The notes: generated by a model not told the origin, from the sequence alone. A stretch of 64,000 nt of DNA from the human T2T-CHM13v2.0 reference genome, Homo sapiens (GCF_009914755.1 NC_060936.1), one strand, 5' to 3'. Shown: positions 47,381-60,620, counted from the first letter of the stretch. Made by a program: numbers and translations.

Positions 47381-48253
47381 GAGATGGAATTAATTAAAAA
47401 AAAAACATAACATTGTGGACTATGAAAAGTCAGCCAAAGTAGAATACTATTGATATGAGCAGACAATATTGATATATATAAGTGGTAATAGATAAGTCCA
47501 GAGTATTTTTGTTTTGACAAGCTTTTCGGAAAATATTTGCTAGGATGTAGGATAGTTTGTGAAGACTGTCTTACACACTGAGTTGAAATATCAGTCATCA
47601 GGGAATAGACAAATAGTCTGTGGTTAGACTGAGTATATTCATAGGCTATTCAAAATGCATTGTAAGGCACATGTTGTGCTTATTTTCCTTGAAATAAATT
47701 CTAGCATTTTTGAGGCAAGAGTATTGATGGCAAGAGTATTGCTGGCAAATCCTAAGTAGGTTATATCAATTGTGTGGAAAGTTTTAGCTCATAAACTATT
47801 TTACCAAATTTTAAATATATCTTTAAAATAGAACGTATTTTTAAAATTTTTCAATTGTTTTAAAACTAATGAACAAATCAAGAGAATAGAATGTTACATA
47901 AATAGTATGACTTAGTAGTTGCTTAAATTGTGACTTTTCAAATGTTTGATTTTATAAAAATTTACTTATCTGTTACTAGACAATATTCACACAACTATTA
48001 TTATTTCAATGTAATCAAAAGCTCAAAGTTCAAATTTAAAAGGATACAAAGAATGTTGAATAAACATTTATTTATTTATTTATTTTTTAGTCTTGCAGAA
48101 ACTTGGTGAAAATCTGTAGTTGTTTGCAAGGTAGTTGTAAAACCAGCAGCTGGTTCAAAGTTATTTTGAATTTTTTAAAGAGGCTTGGATTAGGGTACTT
48201 TTACCATTGAAAAACAACATCAATATACTAAAGCTTACAAAACAAAAAAATCT

Positions 48254-48558
48254 AATGAAAAGAGTCATGTTTCAATGCCCAATTTGTGTCACTAAGAATC
48301 AGACACTGGTTCTAAAGTAATGGGTCAAATCATGTCAGTTTGCTATATTTCAACCATTTTCTCTGATTTATCCAAATGAAATACTCCAGAAGATTTTACT
48401 AACTGTAACATAAATTTATGGAGAATTTTCTGGTGAAGATATTTAGTGGAATTTTTCAACTCTGGAAACATTCAAAAGCTGCTAAAAGAAACACAGTATC
48501 AAAGTTTCTGAAATTTATAGTGAATCAGAATTTTTATGAATCCCTGCCAAATTTATTA
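48254..48558 (+). mobile_element. hAT-Tip100 (Arthur1/MER69-like) transposase C-terminal fragment, second copy
   Basis: Translates ...WKHSKAA...FLKFIVNQNFYESLPNL; homologous to 51625-51945. Confidence 0.65.
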
Positions 48559-48716
48559 TTTCCCATCCATCACTGTCCATTGGTCTCTCTTATCAGTTCA
48601 GATCCAATCTTCCCAGAAATAAAAAAGAAGCCCAAGAAAGATTCTTTTATTTTAACTTTATCATCTTCAATATTGACATAACTTTTTATTTTGCACATTT
48701 GTTCAGTGTGAAACAT

Positions 48717-49240
48717 TCAGAATGTTACTAGGAGGAAGGAATTTCAGAAGCTGGCTTGAATTGGAAGAAGGCATGCCTCCTGGGGCAAGAAAAAAAGACA
48801 AGTCTATGGTCCTCCTCACTTGGACCTCACTTGGTAAATAAGCTAATGATATTCACTAGGAAAAAGAGTTCCTATCAGCAGGATGTCTCTGGCTAAAAGA
48901 TGACTTATGATAAATAAACCCCATGTGGATTTAATCCATGAGGCATGACTCCCTAGAGAATTTCACCTAAGCTATATAACACATTCTGGGGTATAACATG
49001 GAAATATTTTATAAGTTAAATGGTCTTTGCAGTGTGAGGAATCCTACCAAACCTCTTGGGGACCTCATCTGTTGTGCTTGTGTCCATTGTGGAAAAGCCG
49101 GACCCATGGAGACCATAAGAGGTTGCGCCCCTCTCTTCTCCAACTGAGCCTCTTGATTGTCTGTATCCTTAAGGCTGTAAAGGTCGATGCTGAGTAAGAT
49201 CTCTGACTCTTGAGAGTAGAATTTGAAAATTCAATCCCAT
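48717..49240. mobile_element. Unassigned ~525-bp LTR-like insertion within the transposase
   Basis: Splits the collinear FDS(TP)D / VSH-EQ motif; TATA-like ctatataa near 48972. Confidence 0.4.
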
Positions 49241-50091
49241 GCATAAGCTGAGCTGTCAAATAATTCCAACATATTTTGCTTTTTAAATATCCATTACTAT
49301 TTTTTCTTTGATGTCATTTTTCCGGAAAATGAGTTTTGGAGATAAATATGCAATTAATTCCCCTTCAAAAGGAATAACATATTAAATTTTAACAAACTGT
49401 TCCTTCAGAATTGGGTTACAATTTGAGAGTGATTCCAGCAACTCCAAAAATTTTCTGTGTTTGTTGATGGCATATTCTCTCTGTGACCACAGAAGAAAAG
49501 GTTTCATGTAACTAAAAACATAATTATGTCAAAAAGATGATGTAAAATGTCTCCCCATTTTCCCGCTCTTTATTCATTTCCACATGCTACATTTTATCAA
49601 CAATTTTTATTGGAGTTTTAGTACCATTGCTGATGTCTTCCATTTTTCTAAGTAGGAAAAATGTTCAGATGTCTCATGTTCAGAGATTTGAGGATTTAAT
49701 TTTCACTATGTTTTAAAGCTAGTTATAAAGCTGGCCGTTTCACTTTTTGTCTCATTATCTGCAAATGGTCTGCAGCAGAAAGCAAAGCAAACACGTTTTT
49801 GATTTTGAAGAAAGCAATTTCTTAACTTTTTGTCTCCTTTTATTTTTGGTAAAGACTTATAAAACCACAATGTTGTCACATGTTGACTATCTCCTCTGCT
49901 ATATTTTTCCTTCTCATTGAACTGTAGTGTAGAAAGGTTCACCTTTAATCTGAAGAGGTTTATATCTTCTCTTAATCCAATTAACTCTCAAATCATCTGG
50001 AACCAGTACTGGCCATGAAGCAATATCAGAATAAATGAAAAATAACATTGTCTCTTCTGCTTCAAATTCTTGGTCTCAGTCTTTATTATTC

Positions 50092-50195
50092 CTGTCTATC
50101 TATCTATCTATCTACCTACCTATCAATCAATCTATCCTCATTATCTATCATTATCTATCTTCATCATTATCATCTGTCTATCATCTATCTATCCT
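50092..50195. repeat. (TATC)n degenerate microsatellite
   Basis: Seen directly. Confidence 0.85.
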
Positions 50196-50385
50196 GTTAA
50201 TGTTGATTTTTACCAGCATTTTCTTTCTCTTCATTACTGTCAGTGCTTATAGATGATGTTTCAACATTTTCTTTCACTCCTGTGCTATCTGAATTTTGTG
50301 TTGTTTCTAGTATAGGTACTTGCATTTTTTCTAGTATAGATACCCATACACATTTGCATTTCTAAAGAATGGTTGTTTACTATAC

Positions 50386-50942
50386 TGTATTAGTCAGGGT
50401 TCTGCAGAGGGACAGAACTAATAGGATAGATGTATATGTGAAAGAGTTTATTAAGGAGAACTGACTCCCATGATCACAAGGTGAAGTCCCATGATAGGCT
50501 GTCTGCAAGCTGAGGAGCAAGGAAGCCAATGTGGCTTAGTCTGAGTCCTGAAACCTCAAAAGTAGGGAAGCCAATAGCACAGTCTTCAGTCTATGGCCAA
50601 AGGCCCGAATGCCCCTGATAAATCACTGGTGTTAAGTCCAAGAGTCCGAAAGCAGAAGAACCTGGAGTCCGATGTTAACCGGCAAGAAGCATCTAGCATG
50701 GGAGAAAGATGAAGGCTGGAAGACTCAGCAAGGCAGCTTATTCCACACTCATCCACCTGCTTTTTCTAGCCATGCTGGCAGCTGATTGGATGGTGCCCAC
50801 CCAGACTGAAGGTGGGTCTGCCTCTCCCAGTCCACTGACTCAAATGTTAATATCCTTTGGCAACACCCTCACAGTCACATCCAGAAACAATACTTTGCAA
50901 CCTTCAATCCAATTATGTTGACACTTAATATTAACCATCACA
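50386..50942 (-). mobile_element. MLT2A2 (HERV-L) solo LTR
   Basis: Reverse complement starts TGTGATGGTTAATATTAAGTGTCAAC; 557 bp; perfect TSD tatac at 50381-50385 and 50943-50947. Confidence 0.9.
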
Positions 50943-50947
50943 TATAC

Positions 50948-52489
50948 ACAATGTTGAAGGATATAATTATGTTGCAACTACGGTCAGAAGTCTCATTGGC
51001 TTTTAGAAAAATAATAAACAATTCCAAGTTCTTATTTTATTTTATAAATAATCATTCTCTAAATCTCTTCAGAAGTCATTCTACTGGAAACATTTCTTCA
51101 GGTGTATCATTTTTTAGAACTTTAAGGAAAAATTATTTATTCTTTTTAGGCTCACCTCATTCACCGGAAAATGCTGCAGAATGAAGACATAAGAGTGGAA
51201 AGACTTTCCCAGACAAGCTAAAATGCTCATCAGAGAGCTGTGCATGCAGTACAGACACATTTTAAAAGTTAATACCAACTTTGGAAATACTGTGTGATCT
51301 AATAGGAAATATGGATTCAAAAAGATCAGCTTATGTATTACTCTCTGATGAATAGGATTTTTCTTTTCTGAGTCCTCTTTTTTATTGTTTGAAATTTTAG
51401 ATGAAGTTAATCAATCACAAACATCCAGGATCAGACTTGGACAATACACAATGAAATGCCAAGCTTTAGCGTGATTTCTTAAAGATCAGCACCTGGACAT
51501 TGGGAAGTCAACGATGCAATAAGCAAATGTAAGAAAATGAATGTTTAAATAGAAAAATGAAATCAAATGTGAAAAACAATGCCAGGAAGAATGACAAAAG
51601 AGAATGGTCTTTCTTTGTCAGAAGAAATCAAAAGAGCAGCATTTGAATGCCTCAATTGTTTTCACTAAGAATTGGACACTCATTTCTAAAGCAATAATCA
51701 CATAATGTGAATGTTCATATCTTTTAACTATTTTCTCTAGTTTTTACAGAAAAAAATTGTGGAAATAAAACTTCAGAAGATTTTACTAAATATCGTAGAA
51801 ATTTATGACAAATGTGGTCATGAAGATAATTAGCAGGAATTTTTTGAGTGTGGAGATATTTGAAAGCTGGTAGGTAGAACTGAAACTTCTGAAGTATACA
51901 GTGAAATGGGATTTTTATGGATTGATGCCAAAGTTATCACTACGCTTCAGGCTTTTCCTGAGTCTTAATTGGAAATAAATTTTTAAATTTTGGAATTAAT
52001 AAAAAGTCTTCTTTGACCACCTATGAGCAAAGAAAGATTGGCAAATCTGGCTATGCTTTCTATTAAAAATGAAAATATGATGAGAACTAATGTTGATGAA
52101 GTTCTTAACAAATGTGCAGAAATCAAGTCTCTAAAACACAAAAAAAGAAAACATAACATTCCTATAATGGACCAATATTGAGACATAAGATTCCCCCCCC
52201 CCATTTAAAAGAAATCTATCAGTGTAGTTAAGGAGTATTAATCCATTACTTTTCTGTTTCTTGCAATGTTATTTTTACTTTGTGTTTTTTATTTTATTTC
52301 ACTAGCATAATAATATATATGAAATTCAACAAAATAAAATTTTCACTATCTGCCTTTTCTGGCCATTAGTTTTCTTTATTTTATTTCATGATTGATTATT
52401 ATTACTAAAGTTAGGTTTATCAAGTAGAGAGTTAAATAATGTTAAAATAGAATCTGTTCCAAATATCAAATACACTAAGTACGACACTG
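50948..52489 (+). mobile_element. hAT-Tip100 (Arthur1/MER69-like) transposase C-terminal half and right terminus
   Basis: EGYNYVAT (GYDNAATM-like), NHSLNL, LSQT..AH..AVHAV, dimerisation motif MSKERLANLAMLSIKNE from 52023; terminus aaatacactaagtacgacactg. Confidence 0.8.
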
Positions 52490-52729
52490 ATTTTTAGTTC
52501 TTGATCTATTTGAAATTAGACGACACTGTGTGAAGGAAGTGTTGAGATAAGGGTAAGTAAATTTCATCTGATACGAACATAAAGAAAAAAATAATAAACT
52601 CCCCAAAGTGAAGAACTTTGTTGTTGCTGAGTTTTTTCTCCCTTGTATCCCCACGGTCTATACCAATTTCAGACATGATTTGTAAGTATTTGTTGAATGA
52701 AGAAACATGCTAGAGTATAGTAAATAATT

Positions 52730-53560
52730 TTAGAGAGAAGTAGCCCAGCTAAAATAGATAATCATGAGATTTTATGCCATGGTGAAAAGTTTGGGATTTG
52801 TTCAGAATATTATTGTGCATGAGAGTGTATATACTGTAAGCTTATAAAATCAGACGATATCAAATTTGCATTTTAGGGAGCTCACTCTGGTCATGATGTG
52901 GTGAAGGAAGTCGATATTAGAGGCAGGTTGCCCAATTAGTAGACCACTAAAATAGCCAGGTAGTAGAGGGTATATATAAAAGAAGGGAGGGAATGGATCT
53001 GAGAAATATAGGGGAGCCAGACTCAACGGAACTTAGATGTGGAAAATGAAGGAAGGATCTCTGACAACTCCTACTTCTGACTTGGATGCCCGAATGAATC
53101 TTAGACTCATTGTTTTAATTGGGTACTGAGTATGCAAGAAAGTCAAAGGAGCTACTTGGCCTGTGAGGCTTTTCAGTGGAGTAGTACTCTAGGCAGATAG
53201 ACCTAAAGTCCTGGAACTTAGGAGAGAGGACCAGGGTATTGTTCTGGATAGTGGATCATTGTTGAAAAGAGGTATCTGAAGCTATAAAAATGTATGAATT
53301 ATTGAGCAGTGAGAAGAACTGGGACATGTGTGAGACCTGAGGAAGGACAACATTTATGGGCTGAGAGGAGTAAGCCATGCAAATAAAGAAGATGTTGAAT
53401 CAAACACCAAAGGAGGAAGTGATCAAAACTGATCAGGTGTCATAGGCAGGACAGAGAAGGTCACTGGGAAAGTAAATGGGAGATGAGGAAGTAGGGACAT
53501 AAAGTGGTCACCACTCTTTCAAGAGCTTAGCTTCAAAAAGAGAGAATAATAATTAGGAAG
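52730..53560 (-). mobile_element. L2 fragment
   Basis: Antisense L2 phrases (atcaaatttgcattttaggg; ggaaggacaacatttatggg). Confidence 0.65.
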
Positions 53561-54139
53561 AAACAGAGATTTGGTCAAGGGTAGGTTTGAATTTTTTTAA
53601 TAAAAATAACTTTATCCTATTTATTTACTGATTATAAAAGAAAATGTTTATTTTAAGTAATCCCAAAGTGCCTACATTAAAATGTGAAAGCCACGGATCA
53701 ACACCTAGTAAAAAATGTTACAAGGACTATAAACCACATGTGTCCTCTTAGTTTTCGTTTCTAGTAGCTCTTTGAGATAGCTAGGGTAGCTTAATAAGGA
53801 GGCAGAAACAAATTTGTTCAAGAGAAGACTTTAACATGGCATCTGTTATATCAGATCTCACGCAGCCTGACTCAAGAGAGGAGAACTTTACAAAGCTTTG
53901 CATGCCACTTCTCCATAACTGCTTCCTTCTATCACCCTAAAATTAATAAGTGGGGCAATAGAAAACATTGTCCAGCAGTCTGGTCTCACCCTTTGGATAT
54001 TCAAAACTTAAGTATGGATTTGTATTGGAATTTGTTTCTACTTGAAAGATGTAAGAAATTATAATAGAAACCTCAAAACCTCTTTTGTTAGGGCAAAAAG
54101 CACACGAAGCCAACGAACAGAAACTAAGGGAACTTCCAA

Positions 54140-54790
54140 TGCAACACAACCTGAATTTAATTATGAGGAAACATCAAACCCATATTGAGAAACATTCTAC
54201 AAAATAACTGAGCAGTACCCTTCAAAAATGTCCATGTCAGCAAAGATTCTGGAACTGTTTAAAATAAAAGAGGCTAAAGGTACATGCCATCTAACTCATA
54301 GTGCCATGCAAGATTTTCTTAGGTGTTAAAGAACATGACTGGGACAAATAGGGACATCTGGTTTGTAGATTAAACAATAAATAGCGTACCAATGTTCGTT
54401 TTCTGATTTTGATAATTATACTGTGTTTATGTAGGAGGTTCTATTTATGGTTTGCTGTGACCACTCTGCAGGTGCAAAATGTACCCTCACCTAGAATTTG
54501 GTTCCCATGTTGAGATTTATGATGCCACACACACCTGAAGAGGGTATGAAAATATGTATTGCTTACATAATTGATGCATCTTGGGTAATCCCAGTACATA
54601 TATTACCGGGATGTCTATTATAACATTGCTTATAGTAGCAAGGGAAAAATGAAAAAGCATAGACATAATCTAAATGTCCTTACAAGAGAAATATAATGAG
54701 TTTCTCTGTCTGCATATGAGCTACTAGAAAGTAGGGATTGCAATTAAAATACGTGTACATTTTTAGAATACAGCATGAACTGAGGTGCTC
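54140..54790 (+). mobile_element. L1ME3/4 3' fragments with a small LTR piece (MER76-like, ~54455-54590)
   Basis: acaacctgaatttaattatgaggaaacatca; cctagaatttggttc...gagggtatgaaa. Confidence 0.45.
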
Positions 54791-57670
54791 AGTACCTACT
54801 TTAGAGGAAGTGAACTGTCTCTCTCTCACACACACATGCACACGCTTACTTTTTAGAGCACATTCGTCCAATACAATGGTACCTTAAGAAGAACATCTAT
54901 CTGTTTTCTTTCCTAGATCACTGAGGAGCTTTTCATTTTGACTTAAAAAAAAAAACAGACTGGGTCATCATTTTTCCTTTGATTTTGTGAGATACCCCAT
55001 GCTATTTAATAATTCATGTATTTATGTTTTTATTTCTGCTTAGTCACTGTCCATTCCTGTGGATTGCAAACAAAGAAAGCTAACTGGCACAGATAACAAA
55101 TGAGTGAATGAATGAGAACAAACACACCAAAGAGGGGCACAGCTAAATGATTAAAAAGTATGTGATATATTCCAATGTAGTCATAGAGGCAAGCTAAAAG
55201 ACTAGATAGAGAAAAAAGTGAATTCAGAAATAATAATTTCTAGCCGATAACATTTTTTTCCCCAATCTCTTGACTTGATGAAGTGCTTTTAAAGTTCTTT
55301 GGGTTTTATGGAGTTAGAATGAGATTTTTCTGGCAGAAGCTCATTTGCCAATTTAATTAGTAATTAGTGAATCCCAAAGGTTAATGTAGAGTTCCTATCA
55401 ATTTTATTTTAAGCTTAATACTCTTATCTAAAGGACAAAGCCAATGAATATATTCAGAGAGCAACCATTAGCTTAATATTCTGGCCAAGTGAAATATTAA
55501 ATAACTATAGCATTTTAAAACTTGAAATAATATTTAGATTCTCACATTTATATTATTCTATTCATATTTTATTTCCTCTAAGCAATATGAAATACCCATT
55601 TTAAAGATGACTAAATTTCCTGTAGTCACTAGATTTCCACAAGTGCAATTAAAGCACAATATTTGATGTTCAGAGGAAGAATTGCAAAAACCAAGCAATT
55701 GCAATTGAGGTCCACTCTCATCAATGGGACTTCTTTTGCACACTGCGAGTGGCCTATTTTCCTATTTTTTTAATGGTTTGAGGGTAGAGAATCTTCATTG
55801 AAAGACTTACATTATATCCTGGTTTACATTAGAATCACAACTTTAAAGAATGTCAGAGCAAAGCGTTTAGAGATAAAATGTATAGGCCAAACACATTCGT
55901 GGTGAGCAAATTACTAGTTGGATGTGTGGGCAGAGTAATGGTATCTAACATGCAACATCCTCTAATTATTACGTAATTCCTGGTTGAAAGTGTATGGGAA
56001 AAGAGGTCCAGATTCAATTGAAGAGACTTGTCATGAGCTGTAATGAGTGATGAAGGAAAAGACCAGTGTGGCACACTGTCCTGTGGGCACCTTCCGAAAA
56101 TGAATAGCAACTTGTTCTTGTCTTCTCTTCGTGGCATGTCAGCAGAGGAGTCTACGTTTTCACAGTCATTTTTTACTACACTGGCTGCATTTCAACAAGC
56201 CCTAGAAAAACAATCCAAGAGTCAAATATCTTGCCTCTTGTAGCTTTGGGCTTCCACTGAGAATTTTCCTAGGAACAAAGTCATTTATTCAGAAGATCAA
56301 AATATATTTTGGTGACTACATTCTGCTACCTAATATATTTCAGTTATCACAAAAGCCCAAACTCTTGACTGAAAAAGAATATATACATTTTCTTATTGCT
56401 TTGGAATAAGTAAACTTAGTTTTTCAGTCTCAAATGATCTTGGATGGCCATATTTATAGTGTGAGCTATGAGGTAGATTTTGAAGAAGGCATTGTCAATG
56501 TAATGTGGAAAAAGGCTTTTGTAAGTTCAATTTTAAAAGGTGACTTTCTTGTATTTGGCCTCATTAGTTCTGGTCATAATTTAATTCTTATCAGCCATGG
56601 TAAGTGTCTATCTGTTTACCAGATGATTGTGTGAGTGGTGCATGCATGTAATACCATAAGCAGAATACAGATTGGAGAAATTGCCTGATTTTCATTAAAA
56701 ATACCTATGGCTATAATTTATTGAATCTTGCTGAGAATATGCTATCTAATTTGATACTCATTTGATATTTACTTTCGTCCTGCCCTCTGAGACTTGAGAC
56801 TGGCACATTTGAGATTCCATGGATTTGTTCTATGATTAGAAAGCTCTATGACTCACTCCAAATATGCTGCTGTCTCTCTATAGACTCCTGACTATCCCTC
56901 ATAGTCATGATTCTTTGAGTGTAACATTAAGGGATGAAGAAAAAAATCTTAGCAGTATACCAACCCCTTCAAAATTCATCTGGCTGGGATTTTCAAAGTT
57001 CTGTTCATATTTTCCTATATTCCAAGAAGTTAAGGAGAAATTATGACTCCCATAAACTTGTAGTTTTTTAAAAAAATTAAATAAAAAATTAGCACCTTCT
57101 CATACTACTAATCTATATATCTTTTAATTAACTGCCTGTATTCACCAATGCCATCTTAACACTTACCTATATATATTCACTATTCATTTTCATCTCATAT
57201 CATTTATTCTTGCATTGAACAAATATTTACTGAGTGCCTACTATGTTTCTAGCACTGCTCTGGATGGAGGGAATTTTTCAGTGAAAAACCAACAGGTGAA
57301 AAATGATTGTCTTTATGTAGTTTTCAAGTGTTGCTTGCCACTTAGATGAAGAATGCCTAGAAAAGTAAATTTTAATTAAGACCATTCTTAAAGATGTAGT
57401 TGGTCTGCAAGTGATAAACAAGTCATTAAGTATATTATGAAAGTTTATCTTTAGATGATAATCAGAATTCATTTTCCCACAAGTGATATTCCCAGATGCA
57501 TGCCTACACAAACATGTACATACACAATGTAAAATAATAAAAGATGATTCTATTACAATATAATCTATTAAATTGGAAATGGTAAGAAAATTTAATAAGA
57601 AAATGTATTTTTCATATACGCATATATTGGATGAAGACATTCACAAAGTAGGTAAAAAGAGTTACCATCA

Positions 57671-57953
57671 GGCTGGGAGTGGTGGCTCACACTTGTAATC
57701 CCAGTGCTTTGGGAGGATGAGGTGGGAGGATTGCTTGACCCAGGAGTTTGAGACCAGCCTGAGCAATATAGTGAGACTACATCTCTACAAAAAATGAAAT
57801 AACTAGCCAGGTGTGGTGGCATGTGCCTGTAGTCTTAGCTACTTGGGAGGCTATGGAGAGAGGATCACTTGAGCCCAGGAAGTCAAGGCTGCAGTGAGCC
57901 ATGTTCATAGCACTGCCCTCCAACAGAGTGAGACCTTGTCTCAAACGACAACA
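57671..57953 (+). mobile_element. AluJ
   Basis: AluJ diagnostics (ggaggattgcttga, aggctgcagtgagccatg); TSD aaaaagag(t/c)taccatc at 57654-57669 and 57954-57969. Confidence 0.9.
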
Positions 57954-57959
57954 AAAAAG

Positions 57960-58795
57960 AGCTACCATCTCATCCCTGTCAGAATGGCTATTTATTAAAA
58001 AGTCAAAAAATATCAGATATTGGCAAGGATGTGGAGAAATGGGAACACTTATACAGTGTTGGTGGGAATGTAAAGTAATACAACCTTTATAGAAAACAGT
58101 ATGGAGATTTCTGAAGGAACTAAAAATAGAACTACCATTCAATCCAGCAATCCCACTACTGGGTATATAACCAAAGGAAAATGACACCTGCACTTGTATA
58201 TTTAAGGCAGCATTATTCACAATAAGAAAGATATAGAACCAACTTAAATGTCCATCAACAGAGGATGAAATACAGAAAATACACACACACACACACACAT
58301 ATATATACACACACATACCTATATATAAACATACACCTATATATATATACACACACCTATATATAAATGTATCTATATATTATATATATTATACAGATGA
58401 AAGATATAGATGCACACATCCACACACACCATGAAATACTACTCAGCCATGAAAAATAAAATCATGTCTTTTGCAGCAACATGGATGGAACTGGAGGCCA
58501 TTATTGTAAGTTAAATAACTCAGCAATAGAAAGTCAAAGATCACATATCCTCACTTATAAGTGGGAGCTAAATAATGGGTACACATGGGCATACAGAGTG
58601 GAATAATAGACATTTGACAGTACAAAAGTTGGGAGGGTGGGAGACAAGTGAGGGTTGAAAAATTTCCTACTGGGGGCAATGTTCACTATTTGGGTGATGG
58701 GTACACTAAAAGCCCAGATTTCACTGCCACATGATATATGTATGTAAGAAATCTACACATATATTCCCTAAATATATAAAAATTTTAAAAAAATT
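57960..58795 (+). mobile_element. 5'-truncated L1PB3-like LINE-1 with an internal (CA)n/(TA)n tract (~58280-58430)
   Basis: End of ORF2 and L1PB3-type 3'UTR (gtacactaaaagcccagatttc...gtaagaaatct). Confidence 0.85.
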
Positions 58796-59261
58796 AGAAG
58801 TGAGTTAAAGGAATCAAAAGGCAGATGACAGTATTTTAATGATTTGAACAAGACTTAGATGCTTATAAGCATGAAAGGCCAAGGAAGCTGGTTTTTCATC
58901 ATATCCAAGTTCAGTTTAAAACATATGTCTCTCTCTTCTTTAGTACTTAAATTGGTTAAGTGACTTTTATCTCACTTCTGGAAAGAGAGAAAGACAAATG
59001 AAGGTGGGAAGTAATAAATCATGATAGATAAAAAACCGATTGGGAGAGGAGATGAAGAAATGCATACATAATGATCCAGAGGGAATGGAAAATGAGATGA
59101 TTCATTAAGTTTTGCACAACACCAGCGAAAGGTAAGCATTATTGGCCAAAAACCCAGGGGCAGGTTATTGTAGTGGGACAGGATTAAGCAGCCTAGAACA
59201 GTACCTGAAACATAGTGGGTCCTCGATAAATATTTGTTGAATATGCAAATGAATGAATTAA

Positions 59262-60300
59262 TTTTTCACTTATTTATTTATTAAATATTTATTGAACACC
59301 TAGTATGTGCCAAACACCCTTCTAGACACTAGAGGTATTGAACAAAACAAACAAAAATTCCTGACTTCACAGGGCTTACATCTAGTAAAGAGAAATAGAC
59401 AATAAAATTTAATCTTAAAGGATATTAGATGGTTATAAGTTAAGGAAGTTTTATGGGGAGGGTTTGCAATTTTAAGAAGGTCAAGAAAGGTTCATCAGAA
59501 AAACTTCAAGGAAGCCAGAGTGGCTAAAGCTGAGTGAATCATAGCAAGAGATGAAGTGGGAGATGAAGTTGGAGAGAAACCAGATCATGGGGCCCTTAAG
59601 CCATTAAATTGACTTTTACTGAGTGAGCTAGGATGCCATGGGGGGGTCTGAGCATGAATCTTACACTTATGTGTAACAGGATTATTCTGATTGCTGCATT
59701 GGGAATAAACACAAAGGGCTAGAAAAGGTGGAAGTAAGAACAGCAGCAATAAGGAGGCTTGTCAGAGTGATAGCAGAAGAGGTAGTAAGAAGGTGTTAAG
59801 TCCTGGTTATATTTTTGAAGCAGAGATCAGAGTATTTGCTGACCTATTGAATATGAAATATGAGAAAAGAATAACTCCAGATTTTTGGTCTGTAAGAATA
59901 GGGATGAGTTGCCATTTACTGAATAGGTTTGGTTGGTTAGAAATCGGGGGTTTTGTTCTGGGCATCATAGGTTGAAGATGCTCGTTAGACATCTAAGTGG
60001 AAATGAACAGTAGGCGGTTGGATATAAATAACTGGGGTTTTGAGGAGAGGTTTGGGCTGAAATTACACATTTGTGAGTCTTTAGTAGCATGTAAAGCCAC
60101 AAGACACTGATTGAGATCCTCAAAGACTTGAGTATTAATAGGAGAGAAGAGATCTAAGTAAGGACTGAGTCTTGGGACATTTGAAACAAGAAATCTGGAT
60201 GATGAAGTGGAATGAGCAAAGGCGAAAGAGAAGGGACAGCCAATGAGGTAGGAAAAACCCCGAGAGACTGTGGTGTCCTGAATGCCAAGTAAAACTCTGT
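59262..60300 (-). mobile_element. L2 (L2a-like) 3' part, tail-to-tail with a short + strand L2 end (59190-59260)
   Basis: aaatatttattgaacacctagtatgtgcc; tagacatctaagtggaaatg. Confidence 0.75.
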
Positions 60301-60344
60301 GATTTTTATTCACTCGTTGGGTGTTTGTAGGAATTGTAAACTTG

Positions 60345-60620
60345 GAATTTATTCATTCCTCCAACAAACAATTATAAGTAGTTATTTTGGCCAGGCACTG
60401 TGCTCGGCACTGGGGATACAGAAAAAATAAGACTTGATCCCCGGTCCCCAGTCAATGAGGAAAAATAAAAATCAACAGTTACAGTGTATGTAAAAAGTCC
60501 TGTGCTAGAAAAATGCATAGACTGTTTTCGGAAATTAGAGGAGGGAAATCTAAATCATATGGGGTGGAACTGAGGCCTTGACTCAAGAGAAAATATCAGG
60601 TGAATGAACAAAGTAGAAAC
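60345..60620 (-). mobile_element. L2 3' fragment
   Basis: ttcattcctccaacaaac...gccaggcactgtgctcggcactggggataca. Confidence 0.65.

Larger units (their letters stand above)
48560..50370 (-). mobile_element. hAT-Tip100 (Arthur1-like) transposase N-terminal half, interrupted at 48717-49240
   Basis: Minus-strand translation gives a TTF-zinc-finger-like WFYKSLP...FCCRPF, then ILHHLFDIIMFL...GHRE, KFLELLESLS...YLSPK, KAKYVGI-FDS and YVNIEDDKVKIKESFLGFF. Confidence 0.75.

Noticed and set aside
50386-50942. MLT2A2 as the cause of the transposase inversion
   Set aside because: Its 5-bp TSD is perfect on both sides, so it is a clean insertion rather than a breakpoint
49706-52150. Domesticated transposase gene (ZMYM/THAP12-like)
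   Set aside because: Many stops and frameshifts, LTR and microsatellite insertions, and an internal inversion
56060-56103. TNFR-like peptide HCPVGTFRK
   Set aside because: Immediately followed by a stop, lacks the other cysteines and has no exon context; chance match
57777-58352. 191-aa ORF, and similar ORFs at 19142-19618 and 2600-2989
   Set aside because: Antisense or read-through translations of L1, Alu, L2 and microsatellite sequence
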